From: Alphaproteobacteria bacterium
GTDB lineage: Bacteria; Pseudomonadota; Alphaproteobacteria; Methylaequorales; Methylaequoraceae
Direction of reading: 5' to 3'
DNA length: 55,552 nt
Assembly: GCA_045563015.1 (NCBI GenBank)
Contig: JBJKUQ010000002.1
Location: 1-55,552, forward strand
A model generated the notes under the pieces. The model searched no databases. It saw nothing but the letters and a program-made list of their open reading frames with translations, and was not told the origin of the DNA. The position numbers and the translations under genes are program-made. Positions within the stretch are counted from its first letter, which is position 1. Each line of letters begins with the position of its first letter. Of this stretch, positions 9,556 to 18,940 are shown in pieces.

Positions 9556-9935
9556 TTTTTATTTTTATCTTTAAAATCAGATATAGCTGCCTTTATCGCA
9601 TCCTCCGCTAATACGGAACAGTGAATTTTAACTGGTGGCAAGGCAAGGTGATTAGCTATTTCGGTATTTTTTATTTTAAAAGCATCATCAACAGATTTAC
9701 CTTTTACCCATTCAGTAATTAATGAACTTGAAGCAATGGCGGATCCACAGCCAAAAGTTTTAAATTTTGCGTCTTCAATAACACCTGAAGTATTTACTTT
9801 AATTTGTAGTTTCATTACATCACCACAAGCAGGTGCACCAACGAGACCAGTTCCAACTTCTTTGGACTCCTTATTTAATGACCCAACGTTTCTTGGGTTT
9901 TCGTAGTGATCTAGTAATTTTTTACTGTAAGCCAT
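9552..9935 (-). CDS. iscU: Fe-S scaffold IscU
   Basis: DHYENPRNVG, GAPACGDVM, FGCGSAIASSS, LPPVKIHCS; AGGAG RBS upstream. Confidence 0.97.
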   Translation of the reverse strand: MAYSKKLLDHYENPRNVGSLNKESKEVGTGLVGAPACGDVMKLQIKVNTSGVIEDAKFKTFGCGSAIASSSLITEWVKGKSVDDAFKIKNTEIANHLALPPVKIHCSVLAEDAIKAAISDFKDKNKK

Positions 9936-9960
9936 ATTACTCTCCTTTTTTTAATGTGAG

Positions 9961-11185
9961 TCAATGAGCTGCCCACTCAATTTTACTTAAATCAACACCC
10001 TCTTGAGCCATTTCCCATAAAGGGCTAAGTGATCTAAGTCTTTTTACTTCGTCAACTATCATTTTGACAGCTACTTTTATTTCCTCTTCTGAAGTAAATC
10101 TTCCAATACCAATCCTTAAGCTTGTATGAGCTAATTCTTCTTGAACACCCAAAGCTTTTAATACATAAGAAGGTTCTAGTGATGCCGATGTGCAAGCAGA
10201 ACCTGACGAAACAGCCAGATTTTTAATACCCATCATTAAAGACTCACCTTCAATGTAAGCAAAACTTAAATTTAGGTTTCCGGGAACTCTTTTGTCTTCT
10301 GATCCATTTAAATAAATGTCTGAACAAGTTTCCCTGATACCATTAAGCATCATATCTTTCAATTTGATTATTTTTTTATTTTCTGATTCCATTTCTTTAG
10401 AATAAATTCTACAAGCTTCACCTAACCCAACGCAAAGTGCTGGAGACAATGTCCCAGATCGCATCCCTCTTTCTTGCCCACCTCCACTCATTGTAGCTAA
10501 GATTCTCACTCTAGGTTTTCTTCTTACGTATAAAGCACCTACTCCTTTTGGGGCATATATTTTATGTCCAGATTTACTCATCAAATCAATATTCATTTCA
10601 TTAACGTCAAGAGGTATCTTTCCAATAGCTTGTGCACAGTCAGTATGGAAGAAAACACCATTGTCTCTACAAATTTGTCCAATGTCTTTGAGAGGTTGTA
10701 TTACTCCTATCTCATTGTGAACTCCCATTATTGAAACCATGAGAGTATTGTTTTTAATTGAACTTTTTAGTTTTTCTAAATCAATCAGACCGTCTGGATT
10801 GACTGGGAGATACGTAACTTCAAACCCTTTTTTTTCCGATAGGTACCTACATGATTCAAGGACACATTTATGCTCAGTTACACATGAAATTATATGATTT
10901 TTTTTTATCACCATAAAATTCGGCTAGACCTTTTATTGCAAGATTATTTGACTCCGTAGCTCCAGATGTAAAAATAATTTCTTTTGCATTTGCACCAATA
11001 ATGGAGGCAATATTTTCTCTGGCAACTTCGACAGCTTCTTCAGCTTGCCATCCAAAAGAATGATTTCTTGAATGAGGGTTACCATAAAATTCATTAAAGT
11101 ATGGAATCATTTTTTCTAGTACACGAGGATCAACAGGTGTTGTAGCTTGATAGTCAAAGTATATATTTTTAATTTTTTTTCCCAT
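9961..11185 (-). CDS. iscS: Cysteine desulfurase IscS, split by one extra A in an A9 run (10898-10906)
   Basis: N-part ([24 protein letters not shown]) and C-part ([27 protein letters not shown]) are in different frames. Removing one A restores [15 protein letters not shown] and a 407-aa protein. Confidence 0.95.
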
Positions 11186-11196
11186 ATTCTACATAT

Positions 11197-11679
11197 TTAA
11201 ATTCTTTTAGTAATTTCAATGTTTTCTTCTATTTGAAATTTACTGTTTAATGATAATATAGAGTCATACGAGTTTTCAGAAACATCTTTAATAGATATAG
11301 AGTTTAAAAAAAAGGAAATGTGATTAGTCAAATTTTTCCACAGATTATGAGTAAGACATTTTGACTTTTTTTTCGAAAGACAACCAAAATCAATACCATT
11401 ACACTTGGTAATTTTCAATTCTTCGTCTATCGCTTTGATAACTTCATAAACTTTTACATGTTGAGGGTTTTTTGCAAAAAGATAACCACCAGTTGGACCT
11501 CTAACACTTTTGACAATTCCATTCTTTTTTAATGATAAGAAAATTTGTTCTAAAAAAGGTAAAGAAATATTTTGTCTCAACGAAATTTCAGATAAACTAA
11601 CAGGCTTCCCACTTTGTGAATTAATATCTATGTCAACCAATGAGGTTACAGCAATTCTTCCTTTTGATGTTAATTTCAT
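11197..11679 (-). CDS. iscR: Rrf2-family regulator IscR
   Basis: MKLTSKGR, ISLPFLEQIF, SVRGPTGGY; three Cys plus His (C..C..CLTHNLW) as Fe-S ligands. Confidence 0.92.
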   Translation of the reverse strand: MKLTSKGRIAVTSLVDIDINSQSGKPVSLSEISLRQNISLPFLEQIFLSLKKNGIVKSVRGPTGGYLFAKNPQHVKVYEVIKAIDEELKITKCNGIDFGCLSKKKSKCLTHNLWKNLTNHISFFLNSISIKDVSENSYDSILSLNSKFQIEENIEITKRI

Positions 11680-11766
11680 TTATCAACTTTCTGTTTGATT
11701 TTTTTTTGATTTTTAATGTTTTCTGTTATTTTATTTTTTGAAACGTTAAAACTATCATACTGATTT

Positions 11767-12441
11767 TCAAGATTGGATATTTTTTATGTTTAAATCATGA
11801 ATTTCTTTGAATAATGCTAATATACTTTTTTTGTTAGGATCATCAATTTTGCCGTCACACATACCATAAGCATTGAAAAAATCTTTACTAGTGTCCGATT
11901 CAATCTTCCTTGCCGGTATTCCAACAAAAGTAAGATTGTTAGGAACGTTTTTCAATACTACTGCATTTGTTCCAATTCTTGAATTATTTCCAACAAATAT
12001 GGGGCCAAGTATCTGCGCACCTGAGCCTATTATTACATTGTCTCCAATTGTGGGGTGTCTTTTTACGTCTCTCTGTGATTCAGAATTAATTGATGGAGAA
12101 ATTCCACCTAGAGTCGCTTGCTGATAAATTGTTACATTTTTTCCTATTTCAGAAGTCTCTCCTATTACTAACCCTGCTCCATGATCAATAAAAAAACCTT
12201 CTCCGATTTTAACTGCAGGGTGAATTTCTATGGAAGTTAAAATTCTAGAAATATTTGCTACGAATCTGGAAAGAGTTTTTAAACCTAAGTTCCAAATTAA
12301 GTGACACAATCTGTGGAAGAACAAAGCATGAAATCCTGAATAAGTCAGACATACCTCAAGATATGATCTCGCAGCAGGATCTCTCTTTTTAGCAGCTTTA
12401 ACATCGGTTACCACTAGCTCAAAGAAGTTTTTTTTTGACAT
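11767..12441 (-). CDS. cysE: Serine O-acetyltransferase CysE (C-terminus probably extends to 11676 after repair of a 1-nt indel)
   Basis: DPAARS, IEIHP, FFIDHG, IGET, TLGG, KRHPT hexapeptide repeats. Confidence 0.95.
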   Translation of the reverse strand: MSKKNFFELVVTDVKAAKKRDPAARSYLEVCLTYSGFHALFFHRLCHLIWNLGLKTLSRFVANISRILTSIEIHPAVKIGEGFFIDHGAGLVIGETSEIGKNVTIYQQATLGGISPSINSESQRDVKRHPTIGDNVIIGSGAQILGPIFVGNNSRIGTNAVVLKNVPNNLTFVGIPARKIESDTSKDFFNAYGMCDGKIDDPNKKSILALFKEIHDLNIKNIQS

Positions 12442-12477
12442 TTTTCTCTAAATATAATATATATTTAAATTAATAGT

Positions 12478-12502
12478 ATATCCTACAAATTTAGTCAAGT
12501 AT
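12478..12502. promoter_or_regulatory. IscR type-1-like operator overlapping a TTGACT -35 of the cysE-isc promoter
   Basis: ATATCCTACAAATTTAGTCAAGTAT matches 22 of 25 positions of ATASYYGACTRwwwYAGTCRRSTAT. The minus strand reads TTGACT-N17-TATTAA. Confidence 0.7.
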
Positions 12503-12504
12503 AA

Positions 12505-13134
12505 ATGCCAGAAATTCTTTTAAACGGTCCGATGGGTAGACTTCAAGCCCAATACACCCATAATAACAAACCAAGCGCTCCAACAGCACTCATATTACAT
12601 GCTCATCCCGGTCATGGTGGAAATATGAACAACCCACTTTCTTTAAAACTCCATAAACTATTTTCGGATCTTGGGTTCTCTAGTCTTAGGTTTAATTTCA
12701 GAGGAGTAGGAAAATCTGATGGCGAACATGATGGAAGTGAAGGAGAGTTGGCAGACTCTGCAATAGCTTTAGATTGGTTGCAAAATCAAAATCAAGACTC
12801 TAAAGAATATTGGATTTGCGGAATTTCCTTTGGAGCATGGGTTGGTATGCAATTATTAATGAGAAGACCAGAAATATTAAAATTTGTATTAATAAGCCCA
12901 CCCGTTGGTAAATATGATTTTAACTTTCTAGCTCCATGCCCTGCTTCTGGAATGATTATAAACGCTGATAAAGATGCGTTAATAGATGTTGGTTCAGTCA
13001 AAGATGTTGTTAAAAGACTTAATCAACAAAAATCTATTGACGTAAAACAGGAAGTGATAAAATCTGGCGATCATTTTTTTAGTAACAATGAAGAAAAAGT
13101 TATAGATAAAGTTAAAAAATATTACAAAAGTTAA
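12505..13134 (+). CDS. Alpha/beta hydrolase (conserved divergent neighbour of cysE/isc)
   Basis: HPGHGGNMNN, LRFNFRGVGKS, nucleophile elbow GISFG, QLLMRRPE, DHFF. Confidence 0.88.
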   Translation: MPEILLNGPMGRLQAQYTHNNKPSAPTALILHAHPGHGGNMNNPLSLKLHKLFSDLGFSSLRFNFRGVGKSDGEHDGSEGELADSAIALDWLQNQNQDSKEYWICGISFGAWVGMQLLMRRPEILKFVLISPPVGKYDFNFLAPCPASGMIINADKDALIDVGSVKDVVKRLNQQKSIDVKQEVIKSGDHFFSNNEEKVIDKVKKYYKS

Positions 13135-13139
13135 TAAGT

Positions 13140-14258
13140 TTAAGGCATTATTATATCACCACACACGTTTTTTTTTTTACAACCTGTTGTTTCAGGAAAA
13201 GCAGAAGGAAGATTAAAAAAGGTTCGCGCAGAGATATATGCAAAAGCTGCAGATTCAATAAATAATGAATTAAAACCAAGTTCATCTGACAAAAAGAAAT
13301 CTTTTTGTTTCAACATTTTCCGAAGGTCTGATATCAAAGTTTTATTGTAAACCCCTCCCCCAGAAAAAATCCATTGATCAATTTTGTTATTAAAATTATG
13401 TTCTAAATTAGAAATAAGTTTTGCAGATAAATAGGTTATAGACCTTAAATTATCAAAGTCACTTGTCTTATCACTGATTATGTAATCATCAATATTAAAT
13501 TCCATTATATCAAATGATTTTGGAAATCTTCTTTTGAAACTACTACTTTTAATCCACTTATTAACAATTTTATTTCTTATTTCTCCTTTGGCGGCTAAAA
13601 AGCCATGATTATCATAATTTTTATTAAATTTTTTTTTACAAAACTTGTCTATTAAAGAATTACCGGGGCCAATATCAGATGCAACCATTTTTTTTTTTCC
13701 AATCAGAAAAGTAAAATTAGAAATACCTCCAATATTAACAATCATTATATTCTTTTTTTTTTTTGAAAAAATAGCTTTATGAAAAATTGGTACCAATGGA
13801 GCACCTTGACCACCCATAGAAATATCTTTATTTCTAAAATTAACAACCACTGGTTTACCAATTTTTTTTGATAAAAATTTTGCATCACCAAGTTGCAAAG
13901 ATATACCTTTTTTCGGGTTGTGAATTAGAGTATTACCATGTAAACCAAGAATATTAAGATTACTTTTTTTAAAAGAAAATAAGTCCAAAAAAAAATTTAT
14001 TTTTTTTAATAAATGTTCACTAAATTTTAAATTAAAACTTTGATACAAATTACTTTTACATGCAATATTAAAATTATTGTTTTGAAAAAAAGAAATTGTT
14101 TGTTTTATTTCTTTTCTTAATTTAGGATCAAATTTAAAATATTTCTCATGAACAAAGGCAATATTTTGCTTGGCATCTGTTTTAATTAAAGAAAAATCTA
14201 GCCCATCTAATGATGTACCACTCATTATTCCTAATACATAAATATCTTTTCTTTTCAT
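13140..14258 (-). CDS. anmK: Anhydro-N-acetylmuramic acid kinase
   Basis: GIMSGTSLDGLD, GGQGAPLVP, NIGGISN, DIGPGN, FPETTG. Confidence 0.93.
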   Translation of the reverse strand: MKRKDIYVLGIMSGTSLDGLDFSLIKTDAKQNIAFVHEKYFKFDPKLRKEIKQTISFFQNNNFNIACKSNLYQSFNLKFSEHLLKKINFFLDLFSFKKSNLNILGLHGNTLIHNPKKGISLQLGDAKFLSKKIGKPVVVNFRNKDISMGGQGAPLVPIFHKAIFSKKKKNIMIVNIGGISNFTFLIGKKKMVASDIGPGNSLIDKFCKKKFNKNYDNHGFLAAKGEIRNKIVNKWIKSSSFKRRFPKSFDIMEFNIDDYIISDKTSDFDNLRSITYLSAKLISNLEHNFNNKIDQWIFSGGGVYNKTLISDLRKMLKQKDFFLSDELGFNSLFIESAAFAYISARTFFNLPSAFPETTGCKKKNVCGDIIMP

Positions 14259-14289
14259 TTTTTAATATTATAACCACAGTATATAAACT

Positions 14290-15564
14290 ATGAAGGATGA
14301 TTTTTTAAATTTTATTGAAAAAAGAGGACTTTTGAGTCAATGCACAGATAAAGAAGGCTTAAAAAGAACTTTAGAAAAACTAACATCGGGATACATTGGA
14401 TTTGATTGCACATCAGACAGTCTTCATGTTGGGTCTCTTTTACCATTGATGATATTAAGACATTTTCAAAATTTTGGAAACAAACCAATCATACTTTTAG
14501 GTGGTGGAACAACATTAGTAGGAGACCCATCAGGAAAAGATGAAACAAGAAAAATTCTTGATGAAAAAGATATAAATTTAAATAAAAAAAGTTTAAAGAA
14601 AATTTTTGAAAAATTTATTTCATTTGATTCTTCAAAAAAAAATTGTGCACTTTTAGTTGATAACTACGAATGGTTAGCTAACTTAAACTATATAAATTTT
14701 TTGAGAGACTATGGTAGCAAATTTTCAGTGAATAAAATGTTATCACTCGAGTCAACTAAACAGCGACTAAGTCGCGAACAAAATTTAAGTTTTTTAGAAT
14801 TTAATTATTCAATACTTCAGGCTTATGATTTTCTTGAGCTTAACAAAGAGTATAATTGTGAAGTTCAATTTGGTGGTTCAGATCAGTGGGGAAATATTAT
14901 TTCAGGAATTGATTTGATAAAAAAAATTAATAAAAAAGAAACATATGGACTCACCTCACCTCTTGTAACAACTACAGATGGAAAAAAAATGGGGAAGACT
15001 GTTGATGGTGCAATATGGTTATCAGAAAAAAAATTAAACGTAGGTACTTTTTGGCAATACTGGAGAAATACTGCAGATGAAGACACATTTAAATTTCTAA
15101 ACTTTTTCACTGAACTAAATTTTGATGAAATTAAAAACCTCAGAGAAAAATCAATAGATATAAACAAAATTAAAATAACTTTAGCTAACGAGGTTACTAA
15201 ACTTTGTCATGGAGAAGAAAAATCCAAAAAAGCAGAATACGAAGCAAAAAAAATATTTATAAATAAAAATCTTGATGAAAAGTCATTTGAAAACTGTGAA
15301 AATAAAATTTCAATTACCAATTCTAATACTTTAAAAGTTGGTTTAAAGGAAATTCTAGTTCAACTAAAAATTTGCACCTCTAATGCTGAAGCAAAAAGAT
15401 TAATAACACAGGGCGCAGTAAAAATTGGTGAAAAAATAACTAAAGACAAAGATTTCTTCATTACAAAAGATCTTTTTACACAAAAAATTAAGAATATGGA
15501 CAAATTTTACTTAATAATATTTGTTGGGAAAAAAAAATATGGAATTGTCGAATTAGTCAGTTAA
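14290..15564 (+). CDS. tyrS: Tyrosine-tRNA ligase
   Basis: YIGFDCT..SLHVG (HIGH), GDPSGK, QFGGSDQWGN, KMGKT (KMSKS), C-terminal S4 domain. Confidence 0.97.
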   Translation: MKDDFLNFIEKRGLLSQCTDKEGLKRTLEKLTSGYIGFDCTSDSLHVGSLLPLMILRHFQNFGNKPIILLGGGTTLVGDPSGKDETRKILDEKDINLNKKSLKKIFEKFISFDSSKKNCALLVDNYEWLANLNYINFLRDYGSKFSVNKMLSLESTKQRLSREQNLSFLEFNYSILQAYDFLELNKEYNCEVQFGGSDQWGNIISGIDLIKKINKKETYGLTSPLVTTTDGKKMGKTVDGAIWLSEKKLNVGTFWQYWRNTADEDTFKFLNFFTELNFDEIKNLREKSIDINKIKITLANEVTKLCHGEEKSKKAEYEAKKIFINKNLDEKSFENCENKISITNSNTLKVGLKEILVQLKICTSNAEAKRLITQGAVKIGEKITKDKDFFITKDLFTQKIKNMDKFYLIIFVGKKKYGIVELVS

Positions 15565-18432
15565 GAAATTCTTTATTAAATTCGGGACAAATACAGAAAT
15601 TGGATTATAAGAAATATCATATTCACCATCAGATTTCTCAATTTTAAAACTTGCTCCAATTAAACCTTCTTCTGGAGAACCAGCTGTTATAATATCACCT
15701 ACAATAGGAAATTTAGTGAGTAAAGTATTTATAGTGTATGCAGGAATAATTGTTCCTGTGGTTAAGAAAAAATCATTTTCAAAACCAACGATGGTATCAA
15801 AATGTAAACCCAATTCACTTCCTTTAATAAGGCTATCAATGATTCTTAATTTTTCTTTTGAAAACTCATAATTTCCTTCAAGGGATTCAAAAATTATTCC
15901 ACCATCTTTAAGTTTTTGAGCTAGTCCTTTTAATGAAAAAAGGGTTATAAAATCTGCAAAAAAAGGCGCATCTAAAAAAACAAAGTTATTTCCAGCAATT
16001 TTTCCTTTATAAAATTTAGATTCATTAGTTTTTTCTCCTTCAACTTTTAAACTCCCTGTATTAACAGCTAAATCAATATCTAAGATATTAAGAAGGCCAG
16101 GTACATAATTAGATTCTAAAAAAAATTTTCTTTTGTTTCCCTCTTCTTTAATTTTTATTTTATGAAAATCTTTTTCACCAATTAGATCAAAATCAAAATC
16201 TGTATATTCATTATTTTTTTTTAAATAGTATATCTGAGAATCTTTAAACCTATTTTTTCCAATGAATAAGTTTTCAACATCTATTTTTAATTCAAAGTCA
16301 TCCATTACTGATAAAAAAGATTCGTCATCCAAATTTATTTTTGGTACGTAAATTTTATCACCAAGAATATCTAATTTTGGAATCTTACTCATATTATATG
16401 AGAGTGAAAAATTCTGATTGGGTGAAAGAAAATTATCTACTTCAATGGAAATAAATTCTGAATCAGAAAAAATAGAATTTAATTCAATGTTAATATTGTC
16501 TGTCTTGATATCAAAAAAACCTGAAAATTTTTTATCATAAGGCCTTATTAAAAATCTAAGTTTTCCATTTCTAAATACTAAACCAGGACCCAAAAAATTA
16601 GAGTCTGCAAAAAAATCATCAATTTTTCCAATACCTTCAATGTTTAAACCCTCATGATTATCCTTTAAAATGAAATCAATCTCTATATTTCCTCCAGTTT
16701 TTTCTATAAATTCTGGAAAAAATTCTTGAATATTTGAACCATCAAAATAATACTTACCCTTAATTAAATCTCTAACTTGATTCTTTACATAAGTTTGTTC
16801 TCCTTGAAAATTAATTTCTGATTGATGCAAAAAACCTTTCCCAATAAATTCAACTAATTGATTGTTAATTTTGATTTCAATATCCAAATTATCTATTGAA
16901 TGATTTTTGTATATGTCTTTAAATTTACCATCCACGATTTTGGCATCTGCCATGTATTTGATTTCATTAGAATTTAAATCAACAAGAAGTGGGAACTTTA
17001 GAGTTAAATCCAAATCTACATTTCCAATAATTTTCTCAAGTTTTGAATAATTCTTCTTCTCGATTGTAGTTAAATTCAAATAATCAACGACATGACTATT
17101 TAAAGAACTTAATTTTAAATTAATAGTAGCTTTCTCTTGATCAGTGTTAAGGTCATACAAATCAACAAAACCTGATTTAATTGAAAGTTTCTCTGATTTA
17201 CCTGAAGTTAAATAAAATTTTACACTTGAATTTGAAATTTTTGCATTGCCATTAATTTTCTTAACTTTAGGCATAATATCCATGTATCTAATCTCTATGT
17301 CTTCGCAATTAAATTCACCTGAAATATTTTTTGTAACTAAGTTCAGTCCTAAAATTTCAGTTTCAACTTTAAGTAATACATTTGAAATTTTCCCATTTGC
17401 ATTCAATTTCATCCATTCAAAAACATTTTCTTTTAATTTATTTGGCCAAATATCCAATAGATTAGAAATTAGAATTTCATCTATTTTAAAATAAAGTTTT
17501 GGCAATGAGTTTTGATCTTTTTTTTCAAATCCAATTGATATTTTAGAATTTTTATCTTCAAATTTTACTGAAAAATCAAAATTATTTTCAGAATAAAAAC
17601 CCAACAAATTATCATTCTTAAAACTAAAGGTTTTGTTCTTTTGGTAGGTTGGATAGGAAATATCACCTGTTAAACTTAAATCAAAGTCAACATTCCGAAT
17701 ATCTTGAATATCTTTAGTACTAAACTTTGATAATCCTGAAATTTTTAAATCACTTAATTGGATTTTACTATCACCTAAAAAAGACTCAATAAAATCTATT
17801 TTGAAATTATTTGCTTCTAAATTAACAAAGGGACTGTTTTGGTTATTTACTACAAAACTAATTTTATTTTCCGGATTTTTGTATTCACTAACTAATCCAA
17901 ACATTTGATTCTCTTTATAATTTAGATCAATAATAAAAGAATACTGCTTTTTCCCATCAAAAAATGAAAATTTATTATTTATAATCTCAATTTCAGAAAA
18001 GTAATTTATAAAAGATATTTGTTTTAAGTCTTCTTCAAAAAAATTAGAATAGTCTGTTTCTTTATTTTTTTTTTTTAGTCTGTAGGAGAAGTCACCATCA
18101 AAAATTTTAAGTGATGTTTTTAGAAATTTTTCAGAAAATAAGCTTAGATCGAGACTTAATAAAATACTAGGAGAAAAAAAATCATCAACTATAATATCTT
18201 CAACTATAAGTTCAAAATTTTTAGAAACCTTATTAAAAGTTAAAAATATATCCCCAACTTCATCGATCTCTGTTTTTTTTAAAATTATACTTTCTCTATC
18301 AAAATAATCTAAAAAGTTTAGTTTTAGAGGTTTGATACTTATTATAACAGTAAAAAAAATAAGAAAAGTTAGAATAACAAGTAATAAAAAAGATAAAAAT
18401 ATAGAAAAATTCTTTAAATATTTTGATTTCAT
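15553..18432 (-). CDS. AsmA-like/YhdP-family (DUF3971-type) envelope protein
   Basis: N-terminal TM helix, long beta-rich body, C-terminal GTIIPAYTINTLL..FPIVG...EGLIGASF...NPISVFVP. tyrS-bcp context. ATG at 18432 preferred. Confidence 0.8.
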   Translation of the reverse strand: MKSKYLKNFSIFLSFLLLVILTFLIFFTVIISIKPLKLNFLDYFDRESIILKKTEIDEVGDIFLTFNKVSKNFELIVEDIIVDDFFSPSILLSLDLSLFSEKFLKTSLKIFDGDFSYRLKKKNKETDYSNFFEEDLKQISFINYFSEIEIINNKFSFFDGKKQYSFIIDLNYKENQMFGLVSEYKNPENKISFVVNNQNSPFVNLEANNFKIDFIESFLGDSKIQLSDLKISGLSKFSTKDIQDIRNVDFDLSLTGDISYPTYQKNKTFSFKNDNLLGFYSENNFDFSVKFEDKNSKISIGFEKKDQNSLPKLYFKIDEILISNLLDIWPNKLKENVFEWMKLNANGKISNVLLKVETEILGLNLVTKNISGEFNCEDIEIRYMDIMPKVKKINGNAKISNSSVKFYLTSGKSEKLSIKSGFVDLYDLNTDQEKATINLKLSSLNSHVVDYLNLTTIEKKNYSKLEKIIGNVDLDLTLKFPLLVDLNSNEIKYMADAKIVDGKFKDIYKNHSIDNLDIEIKINNQLVEFIGKGFLHQSEINFQGEQTYVKNQVRDLIKGKYYFDGSNIQEFFPEFIEKTGGNIEIDFILKDNHEGLNIEGIGKIDDFFADSNFLGPGLVFRNGKLRFLIRPYDKKFSGFFDIKTDNINIELNSIFSDSEFISIEVDNFLSPNQNFSLSYNMSKIPKLDILGDKIYVPKINLDDESFLSVMDDFELKIDVENLFIGKNRFKDSQIYYLKKNNEYTDFDFDLIGEKDFHKIKIKEEGNKRKFFLESNYVPGLLNILDIDLAVNTGSLKVEGEKTNESKFYKGKIAGNNFVFLDAPFFADFITLFSLKGLAQKLKDGGIIFESLEGNYEFSKEKLRIIDSLIKGSELGLHFDTIVGFENDFFLTTGTIIPAYTINTLLTKFPIVGDIITAGSPEEGLIGASFKIEKSDGEYDISYNPISVFVPNLIKNFLTD

Positions 18433-18481
18433 AATTATATTAAGCAACTATAACAATTGTAAATTAAAATAACATAAGTAT

Positions 18482-18940
18482 ATGCAACTTGGCGATAAAT
18501 TAGATAATTTGAATTTAAAAATTGGTGCTGAAACAAATTTGGATTTGAAAGCAATTATGAATAAAAGAATCATAATTTACTTCTATCCAAAAGATGACAC
18601 CCCGGGTTGTACAGTTGAAGCTATAGATTTTACAAAGTTTAAGAAAGATTTTGAAAAAAATAATGTACATGTGATTGGTATTTCAAAAGATTCAATTGAT
18701 AAACATGAGAAATTTAAAAATAAATACAACTTAACTATAGATCTCGCATCCGATGAAGATGGTTCTATTTGTAACCACTTCAAAGTATGGGTTGAAAAAT
18801 CAATGTATGGTAAAAAGTACATGGGAATTGAACGTGCAACTTTTTTATTTAATGAAAAAAAAGAGCTAATAAAGATATGGCGAAAAGTTAAAGTAAAGGG
18901 CCATGTTGAAGAAGTTCTTAATTCCTTAAATGATATTTAA
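18482..18940 (+). CDS. bcp: Peroxiredoxin BCP
   Basis: YFYPKDDTPGCT, KSMYGKKYMGIERATF. Confidence 0.95.
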   Translation: MQLGDKLDNLNLKIGAETNLDLKAIMNKRIIIYFYPKDDTPGCTVEAIDFTKFKKDFEKNNVHVIGISKDSIDKHEKFKNKYNLTIDLASDEDGSICNHFKVWVEKSMYGKKYMGIERATFLFNEKKELIKIWRKVKVKGHVEEVLNSLNDI

